Shown in pieces: positions 18,387-28,526 of a DNA stretch of 64,000 bases. The translations under genes and the position numbers were made by a program. Below the pieces are notes generated by a model, which saw nothing but the letters and a program-made list of their open reading frames with translations, was not told the origin of the DNA and did no database searches. The first letter of the stretch is position 1; the number at the start of each line of letters is the position of its first letter. Source of the DNA: an uncultured Solirubrobacterales bacterium (GTDB lineage Bacteria; Actinomycetota; Thermoleophilia; Solirubrobacterales; 70-9); contig CAVVGH010000012.1 of assembly GCA_963747765.1 (NCBI GenBank), forward strand, positions 165 through 64,164. The letters are read 5' to 3'.

Positions 18387-18770
18387 TCAGCCGTAGACGA
18401 CAACCTCGCCCTCCTCGATCACGACCTCGTAGGTGCGCACCCGAAGGCTGTCCGGCGCGGTCAGCGACGTGCCGTCTTCGAGCCGGAACTCGTAGCCGTG
18501 CCAAGGGCACCGGACGATCCGATCGGGGACGTCGTCGTGGTACTGGTAGCGCTCTGGCGCCGGCGAGCGCATCGTGCCGGTCACCCGACCCGCGCAGAGT
18601 GGCGCACCGTGGTGTGGGCAGACGTTGCGAAGCGCGTAGAGGTCGCCTTCCACATTGAAGACGCCGACGGAGCGACCCGCGATCTCGGTGGTACGGACGG
18701 TCCCCGGCGCCAGGTCGACGGCCGCGCAGACGACGTGCCTCCCGGCACGCACCTCAGAGCCGGTCGCCAT
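18387..18770 (-). CDS. Rieske [2Fe-2S] domain protein
   Basis: CPHHG...CPWHG Rieske motifs, 127 aa. Confidence 0.85.
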   Translation of the reverse strand: MATGSEVRAGRHVVCAAVDLAPGTVRTTEIAGRSVGVFNVEGDLYALRNVCPHHGAPLCAGRVTGTMRSPAPERYQYHDDVPDRIVRCPWHGYEFRLEDGTSLTAPDSLRVRTYEVVIEEGEVVVYG

Positions 18771-19899
18771 AGAGATCCCTCGGGTTGTCGGTACAGATCT
18801 TCTGCCGCAGCTCGGCCGGCACCCCGGCCAGCGCCCGCTTCGGGTCGTCGAAGTCCCAGTGCGGATAGTCGGAGCTGAAGACGAGCGTGCGCTCGGCGTG
18901 GACCATCTCCAGCAGCGCCTCGAGCTGGTGCCGGCTGGGCGGCTCGACGAACGGCTGCGTGCTGAAGCGGACGTGGTCGAGGACGTACTCGCTCGGCGGT
19001 CGCTTCACCCATGGCACCTCGTCGCGGAGCGCCTTCCAGTCGCGGTCGAGCTTCCACATCGTTTCCGCGGCCCAGGCGAAGCCGCCCTCGGCGATCTCCA
19101 ATTTCAGCTCAGGAAAACGCTCGAATATGCCGTGGCAAAGCATGCTGAGGAGGTTCGACTGGTGGATCTGGGCGAGCGCCGTGTGCCACTCGATGTAGTA
19201 GGTCGGCGTCCCCGCCATCCGCGGCGCCCGCGCAAACACGTTCTCGGTGCCGCTCGGGTGGACGACGATCGGCAGCGAGTGACGCTGCGCCGCCTCGTAG
19301 ATCGGGTGGTAATGGCGCTCCCCCATGAGGGTCTCGTGCAGCGGCATGAAGATCGCGACCATCCCGTCGCGTCCCTGCATCCGCTCAATCTCCTCGACCG
19401 CCAGCGCGGGGTCCTGGGGCGCGACGACGAGGGCGCCGCGGAAGCGCGAATCGACCTGCAGCCAGCGCTCGCACATCCACTCGTTGTAGGCGGAGGCGAC
19501 CGTGGCGGCGACATCGGGGTCGGGGAAGGCACCGATCCCGAGCAACTGCCCGGCGATCAGCACCCCCTTGGCGATGCCGTGGCCGTCGAGCAGGTGTTCT
19601 GCGGTGAAGGCGGCGTCGGTGGCCGGCGCCATCCCGTCGCGGGAGGCGTCTTCGCGATACGCGCCAGCGCTGTTCACGTACAGGTAGTCCAGCGGAAGCA
19701 TGAAGGAGGCGGCCGCGAAGCTGCCCGACCAGGAGGCCGAACCGCCGATCCCCAGCCGCTGCCGCCAGGTCTCCGACATGTAGGGCGTCAGGTCGCGGAG
19801 ACCCTGGCTGAAATTCGGATGGATGTCGCAATCGATGATCTCGGTGGCGCGGTCGGTATCGGCCGCCTCCGTCGTCGGTGCGATCCCGGTGGCGCTCAT
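18754..19899 (-). CDS. amidohydrolase-2 (ACMSD/decarboxylase-type) family protein
   Basis: IDCDIHP N-terminal metal motif and FSSDYPHWDFD C-terminal motif. Confidence 0.8.
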   Translation of the reverse strand: MSATGIAPTTEAADTDRATEIIDCDIHPNFSQGLRDLTPYMSETWRQRLGIGGSASWSGSFAAASFMLPLDYLYVNSAGAYREDASRDGMAPATDAAFTAEHLLDGHGIAKGVLIAGQLLGIGAFPDPDVAATVASAYNEWMCERWLQVDSRFRGALVVAPQDPALAVEEIERMQGRDGMVAIFMPLHETLMGERHYHPIYEAAQRHSLPIVVHPSGTENVFARAPRMAGTPTYYIEWHTALAQIHQSNLLSMLCHGIFERFPELKLEIAEGGFAWAAETMWKLDRDWKALRDEVPWVKRPPSEYVLDHVRFSTQPFVEPPSRHQLEALLEMVHAERTLVFSSDYPHWDFDDPKRALAGVPAELRQKICTDNPRDLYGDRL

Positions 19900-20795
19900 C
19901 GCCCCGTCCCTTCCCCGGCCGGGGCCGGATCGATCTTCTTGCCGTCGTCGTCGTAGGCGTAGAAGCCTTGGCCGGTCTTGCGGCCGTGGTGACCTGCCTC
20001 GACCATGTTGCGCAGTCCCACCGTGGGAGCGAAGCGGTCGCCGTGCGCCCGCTCGAGCCCTTCGATCGCGTGGAGGTAGGTGTCGAGGCCGTTCATGTCA
20101 CCGAGCTCGAGTGGCCCCATCGGGTGGTTGAACCCGAGCCGCATCGCGGTGTCGATGTCGGCTGCCGACGCGACCCCTTCCTCCAGCATCCGCAGGCACT
20201 CGAGCCGCAGGATCGCGCCGGCACGGCTGGTGATGAAGCCGGGCGCGTCCTTGCGACAGACGACCACCTCGCGATCGAGCCGGCGGCCGAACTCGACCGC
20301 CCTCTCCAGCGCCTCGGGCCCGGTGGCGAGGCCGGCGATCACTTCGACCAGCCTCATCATCACTGGGGGGTTGAAGAAGTGGATACCTACCACTCGCGAG
20401 GCGTCGTCCCCCAACTCGGAACCCACCGCCGTGATCGAGAGCTGCGACGTGTTGGTGCCAAGCAGAGCGTCGGCGGGGGCCCGGTCGACCACCTCGGCCA
20501 GTACCTGGCGCTTCAGATCCAACACCTCGGGCACCGCCTCGATCACGATCTCCGCGTCATCGACCGCGGCCCCGAGATCCTCGGTGAGCTCGATCCGGTC
20601 CAGCACCGCATCCGCCTCGTCCCGGCTCAGGCGATCCGACTTGACGAAGCGGGCAAGGCTGCGCTCGATTGCCGCCCTTCCCCGTTCCAGCTCCGTCGAG
20701 CCGACGTCGCGCAGCCGCACCGCATCGCCCACCGTGGCGGCCAGTTGGGCGACCCCGCTGCCCATAATCCCGGCGCCGATCACCGCGACCTTCAT
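19896..20795 (-). CDS. 3-hydroxyacyl-CoA (3-hydroxybutyryl-CoA) dehydrogenase
   Basis: [17 protein letters not shown] Rossmann start, and ...GFITSR...NHPMGPLELGD... Confidence 0.9.
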   Translation of the reverse strand: MKVAVIGAGIMGSGVAQLAATVGDAVRLRDVGSTELERGRAAIERSLARFVKSDRLSRDEADAVLDRIELTEDLGAAVDDAEIVIEAVPEVLDLKRQVLAEVVDRAPADALLGTNTSQLSITAVGSELGDDASRVVGIHFFNPPVMMRLVEVIAGLATGPEALERAVEFGRRLDREVVVCRKDAPGFITSRAGAILRLECLRMLEEGVASAADIDTAMRLGFNHPMGPLELGDMNGLDTYLHAIEGLERAHGDRFAPTVGLRNMVEAGHHGRKTGQGFYAYDDDGKKIDPAPAGEGTGR

Positions 20796-21973
20796 GCCGC
20801 CACCGCCGCTTCCCGCGACGTGCGAACCCCGAGCTCGAGCTCGCCGATCAGCGCGCGGTGCAGATCGTTGGAGCCCTCGACTATCTGCAGTACCTTGGCG
20901 TCCCGATACATCCTCCCCACCCGATGGTCAGGAGAGACGCCCGCCGCCCCGTGGATCTGCACGGCATCGGCGGCAGCGCGGGCCGCGACATCGCTGGCGT
21001 ACATCTTTGCCATCGAGGTGAGCTTGCGCGCCCGCCTGCCCTGCTGCATCTCCTCTGCGCAGCGCCGCACCAGCAGCCGCGCGCAGGTCCCGCCAACGCT
21101 CATGTCGGTGATCTTCGACTGGACGATCTGGAAGTTGGCGATCGTGCGCCCGAACGCCTCGCGCTCCTTCGCGTAGGCGACAGAATCCTCCAGGCAGGCA
21201 TGGGTCACGCCGACGGCCCGGGCGGCGACTCCCAGCCTGCCACGCTCGACCGCGGTCATCGCCACCTCGAATCCTTGGCCCTCGACGCCGAGCAGCGCGT
21301 CGGCGGGCAGCCGCAGGTCATCGAAGATGACCTCTCCAGTGCAGATCGGGCGGAAACCGAGCTTGTCCTTGTAAGGCTGCATGCTGAGCCCGGGCGTGTC
21401 GCGGGGAATCACGAAGGCAGTGATCCCGCCGTGGCGCTGCGAGCGGTCGCGGCTGGCAAAGGTGACGAAGAACGAGGCGATGTCGAGGTTGGAGATCCAC
21501 GCCTTGGCCCCGTTCAGAACGAATTCGTCGCCGTCCTTCTTGTAGGTGGTGAGCATCCCGGCGACGTCGCTACCCGAGCCGGGCTCGGTCACGGCCGCAG
21601 CGCCGAAGATCTCACCTCGGGCGAGCGGGCGCAGCCACCGCTCCCGCTGTTCCTCGGTGCCGTAGCGCTGTACACTGGCCCCGACCAGGCCGGAAGGCAT
21701 CGAGACCAGCGTGCCCATGATCTGGCAGGTCTTGCTGATCTCTTCGACCATTTCAGCGAACGTGGGGTAATCGAGACCAAGACCACCGTCCTGGACCGGT
21801 ATCACCCCGCCGAAGAAACCCAGCTCGGCCATCTGGTCGAGCAGGCCCCGGGGGATATTCTCTTCGCGATCGTACGCTGCGACCTGGGGCGCTATCTCGC
21901 CCCGGGCGAACTCGCCCACGGCCTCGACGAGTGCCCTCGCATCGGCGTCGGACTGAGACGATTCTACTTTCAT
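20792..21973 (-). CDS. acyl-CoA dehydrogenase
   Basis: 393 aa with the ACAD pattern (...TEPGSGSD...; C-terminal ...[10 protein letters not shown]...). Confidence 0.9.
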   Translation of the reverse strand: MKVESSQSDADARALVEAVGEFARGEIAPQVAAYDREENIPRGLLDQMAELGFFGGVIPVQDGGLGLDYPTFAEMVEEISKTCQIMGTLVSMPSGLVGASVQRYGTEEQRERWLRPLARGEIFGAAAVTEPGSGSDVAGMLTTYKKDGDEFVLNGAKAWISNLDIASFFVTFASRDRSQRHGGITAFVIPRDTPGLSMQPYKDKLGFRPICTGEVIFDDLRLPADALLGVEGQGFEVAMTAVERGRLGVAARAVGVTHACLEDSVAYAKEREAFGRTIANFQIVQSKITDMSVGGTCARLLVRRCAEEMQQGRRARKLTSMAKMYASDVAARAAADAVQIHGAAGVSPDHRVGRMYRDAKVLQIVEGSNDLHRALIGELELGVRTSREAAVAA

Positions 21974-21995
21974 AGCCCCACCTTCCGCGCCATGC

Positions 21996-22802
21996 CTAAG
22001 AAGCGGTCCAGCCGGCGTCCACGGGGAACACCTGACCGGTGATCATCCGTGCGTCGTCGCTCGCGAGGAACACGACCATCTTCGAGATGTCGTCGACGGT
22101 CACGTGACCCCGCTCGCCTTTGAACAGGTTGTTCGCGTTGAACTCTTCGAATGCCTCGTCCGGGTCGCGATCCATCTGGCCGGCGAGCCCGGTGATCATC
22201 CCGGAATAGATGGTCCCCGGGGCGACGCCGTTGACGTTGATCTCCCACTCAGCCAGCTCGTTCGCCCAGCTCTGGGTTGCGAGCACGACAGCACCCTTCG
22301 ACGCCGCGTAGTGCGACACGTAGGGCAGCGCCTTGATGCCGCCCGCCGAGGACGTGTTGATGATCTTTCCTTCGCGTCGCTCCTTCATCCCGGGAACGAC
22401 AAACCGGGTGGTGTTGAAGACGCCCTTGACGTTGACGTCGATCACCGCGTCGAGGCTCGCGTCGCTGATCTCGTCGACGCCCTCGACGATGCAGACGCCC
22501 GCGTTGTTGCACAAGATGTCGATCCTGCCGAACTCTTCGATCGCCCCCGCAACCGCATCCTGGACCTGGGCACTGTCACGGACGTCGGCCTTGATCGCGA
22601 TCGCGTCCGGTCCGATGTCCTTCACGGCCTTGACCGTCTCGTGCAGCTCTTCCTCGGTCCCCAACGGGTAGATCGGGGCGATTTCCTCGCAGACGTCTAG
22701 GGCGACGATGCGGGCGCCCCGTTTCGCCAGGTAACGGCTGTGCGACGCTCCCTGACCATGCGCCGCGCCGGTGACGAGTGCAACTTTTCCATCCAGTGAC
22801 AT
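21996..22802 (-). CDS. mycofactocin-coupled SDR family oxidoreductase (second copy of the marker family)
   Basis: MSLDGKVALVTGAAHGQG...YPLGTEEELHETV...YAASKGA. The start at 22802 has an AGGAGAG RBS; the listed ORF start at 22886 is rejected. Confidence 0.8.
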   Translation of the reverse strand: MSLDGKVALVTGAAHGQGASHSRYLAKRGARIVALDVCEEIAPIYPLGTEEELHETVKAVKDIGPDAIAIKADVRDSAQVQDAVAGAIEEFGRIDILCNNAGVCIVEGVDEISDASLDAVIDVNVKGVFNTTRFVVPGMKERREGKIINTSSAGGIKALPYVSHYAASKGAVVLATQSWANELAEWEINVNGVAPGTIYSGMITGLAGQMDRDPDEAFEEFNANNLFKGERGHVTVDDISKMVVFLASDDARMITGQVFPVDAGWTAS

Positions 22803-22843
22803 GTGCTCTCCTAGTGGTGACGTGTTCGGAGTGACGGATCCGC

Positions 22844-23278
22844 TCAGGCCTGCGTGCCGGCCTCGTAGGTTTCGCCGCCCTCCCATTCGATGTTGATCGG
22901 CCCGTAGCTGACCAAGAGGAATTCACACCCCTCGGGTCCGGCTTCCTCGGGCCCATAGTTGGTGCCGGCGCGGACCCAGCGAAGATCGCCAGCCGCGTAC
23001 CAGCCGCTGCCGTCGTTGAACGACATTGTCCCGTCGAGGATGTAATAGATCGTGTCGTAGTTGTGTGCGTGCTTCGCCGCCTTGCAGTTGGGCGGAAAGC
23101 GATTCGGCACGATCCAGGGCCCAGTCTCCCAGTCCTCACCGAGAAACTGGACTTGGACCTTGTCGCTCATGTGCTGGAAGAAGTCCTCCTCCTGATCATC
23201 GTCGACGAAGAGTTCCCACTCATTGTCGGCGATCCGGGAGCGCCCAACTCCGTCTTCAACCTTTGCCTGTGATTGCAT
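22844..23278 (-). CDS. cupin-domain protein
   Basis: 144 aa, ...AKHAHNYDTIYYILDGTMSF... (cupin His motifs). Family assignment is approximate. Confidence 0.6.
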   Translation of the reverse strand: MQSQAKVEDGVGRSRIADNEWELFVDDDQEEDFFQHMSDKVQVQFLGEDWETGPWIVPNRFPPNCKAAKHAHNYDTIYYILDGTMSFNDGSGWYAAGDLRWVRAGTNYGPEEAGPEGCEFLLVSYGPINIEWEGGETYEAGTQA

Positions 23279-23303
23279 TACTGTACCTCCGTTTGGATTC
23301 GGG

Positions 23304-24341
23304 TCATGCCGGTCGGGTGACCGATCTGTCGACGGCGTCGTCGGCGGCGCCGCGTTGCTCTACTTCCTCCTCGGTCTTCTTGCCCCGCGCCCGCAGCTGG
23401 AAGCCCGAGATCCCGACCGCGATGATCAAGGCAAGGCCGTTGAATAGTTCGGGCAGCCAGGTCGCCGCGCCCATGAGGACGAGCCCCTTGACCCCCGTCG
23501 CCAGGAGGTAGACGGCCAAGACCGTCCCCCAGACGTTGAAGCGCCCCGGCCGGAACTGCGTCGCGCCGAGAAAGCCCGCCGCGAAACAAGGCAGCAGATA
23601 GGACGGGCCGACTTCGGTCGAGCCGGTTCCTACCGTCGACACCACCAGCACACCCGCGGCGGAGGCGATCATCGCCGAGAGCATGAAAGAGCAGACGATG
23701 TAGAGGTTCGTCTTTACGCCCGCCAGGCGGGCGACTTCCCGTGCGCCGCCGGTCGCGTACAGACGGCGGCCGATCGGCGTCCACTCGAGCACATACCACA
23801 CGGCGACCGCCAGCACCGCCACATAGACCACCGGCAAGGGGATGGTTCCCACTTCCGCGGTCGACAGGTTTAGGAAACTGGTCGGGACGCCGAGCACGTT
23901 TGCGTTGCCGGAGGTGATCAATACCCCCGCCGAGAGCACCGAGCCGGTTCCCAGCGTGGCGATGAAGGGATCGATCCTCACCAGCGTCACCAACAGCCCA
24001 TTGACCAGCCCGATCCCGGCGCCGATCGCCATCGTCAGGAGGATCGCCAGCGGGATCGCCATGTGGTAGTTGGCCATGAACTGGGCGACGAGAATGTTGG
24101 AGAGGCCGATCACCCCGCCGATCGAGAGGTCGAAGACGCCTGCCGCAAGGGCGATGGTCAGGCCGATCGCGGCGATCGCGGTCACCGCCTGCTCGGTGCC
24201 GACCGTGCGAGCGGTGGTCGAGCTGAAGAAGGTGTCCGTCGCGAGCGAGAAGAAGATGATCAGCGCGAGCAGCAGGTAGACGCCACTGATCCGGCGCGGA
24301 TCGAGCATGTGGCCAAGGCGGGTGAAAGATGTCGACGTCAT
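23304..24341 (-). CDS. sugar-type ABC transporter permease (RbsC-like)
   Basis: 345 aa, multi-TM, with the branched-chain/ribose permease pattern. Overlaps the ATPase gene by 4 nt. Confidence 0.85.
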   Translation of the reverse strand: MTSTSFTRLGHMLDPRRISGVYLLLALIIFFSLATDTFFSSTTARTVGTEQAVTAIAAIGLTIALAAGVFDLSIGGVIGLSNILVAQFMANYHMAIPLAILLTMAIGAGIGLVNGLLVTLVRIDPFIATLGTGSVLSAGVLITSGNANVLGVPTSFLNLSTAEVGTIPLPVVYVAVLAVAVWYVLEWTPIGRRLYATGGAREVARLAGVKTNLYIVCSFMLSAMIASAAGVLVVSTVGTGSTEVGPSYLLPCFAAGFLGATQFRPGRFNVWGTVLAVYLLATGVKGLVLMGAATWLPELFNGLALIIAVGISGFQLRARGKKTEEEVEQRGAADDAVDRSVTRPA

Positions 24342-25861
24342 TGGGTGGCTCCCTCAAACTGGCTCTCGAAGAGGATTCGGTCCTCGGTGATCTCAGAGCC
24401 GACCAGCTCGCAGGCGATCCGGCCGGCGCGGGTGACGAGCACCCGGTGACACATCTGTTCGAGCTCCTCGGGGTCGGAAGAGACGACCACTATCGCCCGC
24501 TGTTCCTCTGCCAGCTCGACGACGAGCCGGCGGATCGAGGCGCTCGCCCCGACGTCCACGGCCTGCGTCGGCTCAGCCAGTACCAAGACCTGCGGTGAAA
24601 GCCGCAGAGCCTTGGCCAGCATCACCTTCTGCTGGTTGCCGCCGCTCAGCTCTTCGACGAGCCTCGCCGGGTCGGGCGGTTGGACCCCGGTCTTCTCCAG
24701 CCATCCGCGGACGTCCTCGCGCTCGGTGCGTCGGTTGATCCTGCCGTGGGCCCAGCTGGCGCCGATCTGCGGCAAGGTGACGTTCTCGGCGATCGTGAAG
24801 TGTGGGATCAGTCCTCGTTTGGCACGTTCCGCCGGCACGGTGACGAGCCCGGCCTGTCCAGCCGCGTGGGGATCGAGGCGCCGATGCGAGGTGCCGTCGA
24901 GCACCACTTCCCCATCCCATGTCCGGATTCCCCCGAGGCATTCGGCAATTCGTTCGAAGCCGGACCCGACCAGCCCGGTGAGGCCGAGGACCTCTCCGGG
25001 CCGGACCGAGAAGCTGACGTCTCGGATTCCGTCGCCGGTGAGGCCGCGGACCGACATCAGCGCGCCCTCGGCCGAGCTGTCCTCGGGTGGCTTGACCCGA
25101 TCGATGCTGCGGCCGACGATCAGGTTGACGAGGCGGTCCTCGGTGGTCCCCTCGGCCTCCACCACGGCGACCCGTCGACCGTCGCGGAGAACGGTGATGC
25201 GATCGGCGATCTCCAGCACCTCGGGCAGGAAATGGGAGACGTAGAGGATCGCCACCCCCATCTCGTTGATCCGTCTCAGGGTGGCGAACAGCCGTTCGAC
25301 CTCGGCGGCGCCCATCGACGCGGTCGGCTCGTCGAGAACCAGGAGGTTGATCTCCTCGTCGATGTCGCCGACGGCGCGGACGATCGCGACCGCGCTCTGC
25401 TCGAAACGGGAAAGATCGCCGACCACCGCGTCGGGATCGAGGTCGAGGTCGAAGGCGCCGAGGAGCCGGTGCGCCCGCTCACGCTCCGCACGGCGGTCGA
25501 AAGGCGCAAGGCGGCCCCGTCCGAAGTCGTTGAGCCCGAGGTTCTCGCGGACCGTCAGGGTCGGCACCAGCGCTAGGTCCTGGTGGATGAAGCGCAGTGA
25601 GCCGCTCTGCTCGGAGGTAAGCCCGCCGAGCTCGGCGGGCTTACCTCCGAGCAGGCAGCGTGATCCAGGGTCCGGGCCGTGGAATCCGGCGAGAATCTTG
25701 ATCAAGGTCGACTTGCCCGAGCCGTTCTGCCCGACGAGGGCGTGGATCTCGCCGCGCCGGACGTCGATCGAGAAGTCGTCCAGGGCGCGCTGTGCGCCGA
25801 AGGTCTTGGAGAGCCCCTCGACGCGCACTGCGTCGAGGGGCTCCTTCGCCATGGGTTTCAT
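24338..25861 (-). CDS. sugar ABC transporter ATP-binding protein (tandem ATPase domains)
   Basis: Walker A GQNGSGKST, LSGGNQQK signature, two NBDs, 507 aa. Confidence 0.9.
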   Translation of the reverse strand: MKPMAKEPLDAVRVEGLSKTFGAQRALDDFSIDVRRGEIHALVGQNGSGKSTLIKILAGFHGPDPGSRCLLGGKPAELGGLTSEQSGSLRFIHQDLALVPTLTVRENLGLNDFGRGRLAPFDRRAERERAHRLLGAFDLDLDPDAVVGDLSRFEQSAVAIVRAVGDIDEEINLLVLDEPTASMGAAEVERLFATLRRINEMGVAILYVSHFLPEVLEIADRITVLRDGRRVAVVEAEGTTEDRLVNLIVGRSIDRVKPPEDSSAEGALMSVRGLTGDGIRDVSFSVRPGEVLGLTGLVGSGFERIAECLGGIRTWDGEVVLDGTSHRRLDPHAAGQAGLVTVPAERAKRGLIPHFTIAENVTLPQIGASWAHGRINRRTEREDVRGWLEKTGVQPPDPARLVEELSGGNQQKVMLAKALRLSPQVLVLAEPTQAVDVGASASIRRLVVELAEEQRAIVVVSSDPEELEQMCHRVLVTRAGRIACELVGSEITEDRILFESQFEGATQ

Positions 25862-25891
25862 GGGTCCGATGGTCGAGCCGATGGAACCCGA

Positions 25892-27160
25892 TCAGCCTTC
25901 GATGCCCCAGAGCTTCTTGTACTGGGCTTCGAAGTCGGGCACCGATCCGATCGTCTTCGAACTGGGATTGGTGATCTGTTCCGCAGTCACGATCTGCATC
26001 GGCGAGAATTGCGTACCTTCGGTGCTTTCACCGTTGAAGATGCGCGCGGCCAGATCGACTATCTGCCATCCCGTCTGGTAGATCGGCAGCGGTAGCGCTG
26101 CCCACTCCAGTCCGTTCGCGATGTTCTGGTAGTTCGTCGTCGACGAATCCCGGGTGAGGATCTTTACGTTGCTCAGACCGGCCGCCTTGAGGGCGGTACC
26201 AACCCCTTGGCAGAGATCGCCGAAACCGCAGAACACGTATTCGGTTTCCGGGTGCTGCTGCACGTATCCGGTCACCACCGCGCCGAGTTTCCCGATATCG
26301 CTGACCGGAACCTCTTCGAGGTTGAATTCACATTCCGGGCAGAGTTCGGGCCCGTATTCCTGCATGGTATGGACCATCGCCTCGGTCATCGGGTACTGGG
26401 CCACGCTGTACGTGACGACCTTTCCTTTCATGTTCGATTCGCCGGCGATCAGTTCGGCCATCATCAACCCGGATGCTTCGTACATCGGGGTGTTGGTGGC
26501 GAGCCACACTTTGCCTTCGACCGGTTCGATGTTCGAGGACCACTCGATGACCGGAATACCCATTTCTTCGAGCTTGGTCAGCTGCGCGTTGAACAGTTCG
26601 CGCGGCAGCCCTGAACTGACGACCATGTCGGGCTTATCCTGGATAGCCTGTTCGTAGGCATTGACAAAGTCCTGCGGCGAAACTCCGAGTTCGACCTTTT
26701 TGGTCTTCCAGCCGAATAGCTGGGCCGCTTCGGAGGCCGCTTCGTTGAACTGCGAGCAGACCGGGACCCCGCAGACGAGCAGATCGAGGGTCTTGCCCGA
26801 TTCCGGCTGTTTCTTCAGCGGCGTCGTCTGGAGGATTTCTTTCGGGGTTTCCATGTATTTGGCGATCCGCGTCTGCAGTTCGGCAGTAGTAGGCGGCTTC
26901 GTGAACGGTTCGAAGCCGGTGATTTCCTTCAGCGCCGCCGCGGCCGAGGCGGTCGTCAGGGATTTCCCTTCGGACGAGGATTCTTCGGCCGATGCGTTTT
27001 CTTCAGATGCGGTTTCGCTGTTCGCCGATTCGGTTTCTTCCGAGGAAGAAGGCGCGGATGACGAAGACGACGAGCCGCTTGAGCCGCAGGCACTGATCGT
27101 GAACGCGAGCGCGAGCACACCCAAGGCCAAGGCGGCAGACAACAGAGACTTCCTGAACAT
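25892..27160 (-). CDS. ABC transporter substrate-binding lipoprotein (PBP type 1)
   Basis: Signal peptide plus lipobox LAFTISAC, a Ser-rich linker, then a PBP1-like body. GGAGGAGAGA RBS. Confidence 0.8.
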   Translation of the reverse strand: MFRKSLLSAALALGVLALAFTISACGSSGSSSSSSAPSSSEETESANSETASEENASAEESSSEGKSLTTASAAAALKEITGFEPFTKPPTTAELQTRIAKYMETPKEILQTTPLKKQPESGKTLDLLVCGVPVCSQFNEAASEAAQLFGWKTKKVELGVSPQDFVNAYEQAIQDKPDMVVSSGLPRELFNAQLTKLEEMGIPVIEWSSNIEPVEGKVWLATNTPMYEASGLMMAELIAGESNMKGKVVTYSVAQYPMTEAMVHTMQEYGPELCPECEFNLEEVPVSDIGKLGAVVTGYVQQHPETEYVFCGFGDLCQGVGTALKAAGLSNVKILTRDSSTTNYQNIANGLEWAALPLPIYQTGWQIVDLAARIFNGESTEGTQFSPMQIVTAEQITNPSSKTIGSVPDFEAQYKKLWGIEG

Positions 27161-27361
27161 TCTCTCCTCCCACGGAAAGACATCGTTTGACAGTAATGAT
27201 GATACTAGTTATCCCAGATTTTGGCAGCAGGCGTCAAGCTGAGCCAAGAAATCGCTGCTAAGAGCATGTTTTGGGCCTTGACGGGTTGCGTCAACCGGGT
27301 TCGGCACCGTCGTTCGCACCCAAGGAGCCACAGGGCCGCGCGGGTAGGCTCGCGAAGCGCC

Positions 27362-28522
27362 TCAGTCGCGGCCCAGGAGGAGGACGTTGTGGTACTGGGC
27401 GCCGGAGCCGGCGCCGGCGGCAAGGGCCACCTCTGCCCCCTCGACCTGCAACTCGCCGCATTCGCCGCGCAGCTGGCGCACCGCCTGGACGACCTTGAGG
27501 GTCGGTGCGCCCCAGCCGATGTGGCTGAAGGAGAGGACGCCGCCGTCGGTGCAGGTCGGCAGACCGCCGTCGATCCCCAACCCGACCTCGGTGGCGAAAT
27601 CGGCGCCCTCCCCCTCGCCACAGAAGCCGAGCGCCTCCAGCTGGCGGATCACCTCGAAGGAGGTCACGTCGTAGATCTCCAGCAGATCGACGTCGGCCGG
27701 CCGCAGCCCGGCCATGCCGAAGGCACGCGCCGCCGCGCCGGCGCCGATCATCCCCACTTCCTCATAGCGAGGAGGATCGACGTACTGCTGCCGGCGCCAC
27801 TCGGCGCCGCCCCCCAGCACCCGCACCGCGCCCTTGCGGCAATCTCGCGCCCGGTCCAGAGAGGTGAGGACCATCGCCGCGGCGCCCTCGTTGGCGAGGC
27901 AGAGCTCGAGCCGGGTGAACGGCTCGGCAATCGGCGGTGCCTCCAGCACGTCCGCGGCCGTGTAGGGCCCGCGTCCGTACATCACCGCGGCGGGATTGCG
28001 CGAGCCGGTGTTGCGGATCGTCGCCGCGGCCCCCGCCATCCCGGCACGGGCACCCGGGAACCGGTCCAGGTAGCGGCGGGCGACCAACGCGAACTGCGCC
28101 GCGGTCAGCGAGCCGAAGGGAGCGACGAACTCGTTGTCGGGCCGCGTGTAGGAGGCGACCTCGGCGCGGTCGCCGAAGACGCCCGCCTGCCCGCCGACGA
28201 TCAGAACCGTGCTGCAGAGCCCCGCCGCGATCGCCGCGCCCGCGTCGAGCACGGCCGGCACCCCCTGCGGGTAGGTGTCGCCGATCCAGCTGACCGGAAC
28301 GTCAAGCAGACCGGCCCAGTCCGCCGAGCCGGGCTCGAAGACGGTCCCGCCCGGACCCGGCCAGCGCGCCGCGATCCCGTCGATGTCCTGCCGCTCGAGT
28401 CCGGCGTCGGCGAGGGCCGCCGTCGCCGCCTCGAGGCAGGCGGCGACCGTGCCGACATCGAGGGAGCGCGCCTGGCGGGTCATCCCGACCCCGGCGATGG
28501 CGATCTGGCCCAGACCGCTCAC
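27362..28522 (-). CDS. thiolase-like / SCP-x-type lipid-transfer protein
   Basis: 386 aa thiolase fold without the classic thiolase active-site signature. Co-located with DUF35. Confidence 0.75.
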   Translation of the reverse strand: MSGLGQIAIAGVGMTRQARSLDVGTVAACLEAATAALADAGLERQDIDGIAARWPGPGGTVFEPGSADWAGLLDVPVSWIGDTYPQGVPAVLDAGAAIAAGLCSTVLIVGGQAGVFGDRAEVASYTRPDNEFVAPFGSLTAAQFALVARRYLDRFPGARAGMAGAAATIRNTGSRNPAAVMYGRGPYTAADVLEAPPIAEPFTRLELCLANEGAAAMVLTSLDRARDCRKGAVRVLGGGAEWRRQQYVDPPRYEEVGMIGAGAAARAFGMAGLRPADVDLLEIYDVTSFEVIRQLEALGFCGEGEGADFATEVGLGIDGGLPTCTDGGVLSFSHIGWGAPTLKVVQAVRQLRGECGELQVEGAEVALAAGAGSGAQYHNVLLLGRD

Positions 28523-28526
28523 CGAG

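Noticed and set aside
25892-27160. The substrate-binding-protein gene looks noticeably less GC-rich than its permease and ATPase partners, suggesting separate acquisition.
   Set aside because: This is only a by-eye impression, with no computed GC or codon statistics. Ser/Thr/Lys/Glu-rich secreted proteins often lower local GC. Not enough for a claim.
27278-27294. TTGACG-N5-CGTCAA palindrome between the thiolase-like gene and the ABC binding-protein gene.
   Set aside because: A 6-bp arm palindrome could arise by chance. It could be a weak terminator or an operator, and there is no second copy to support either.
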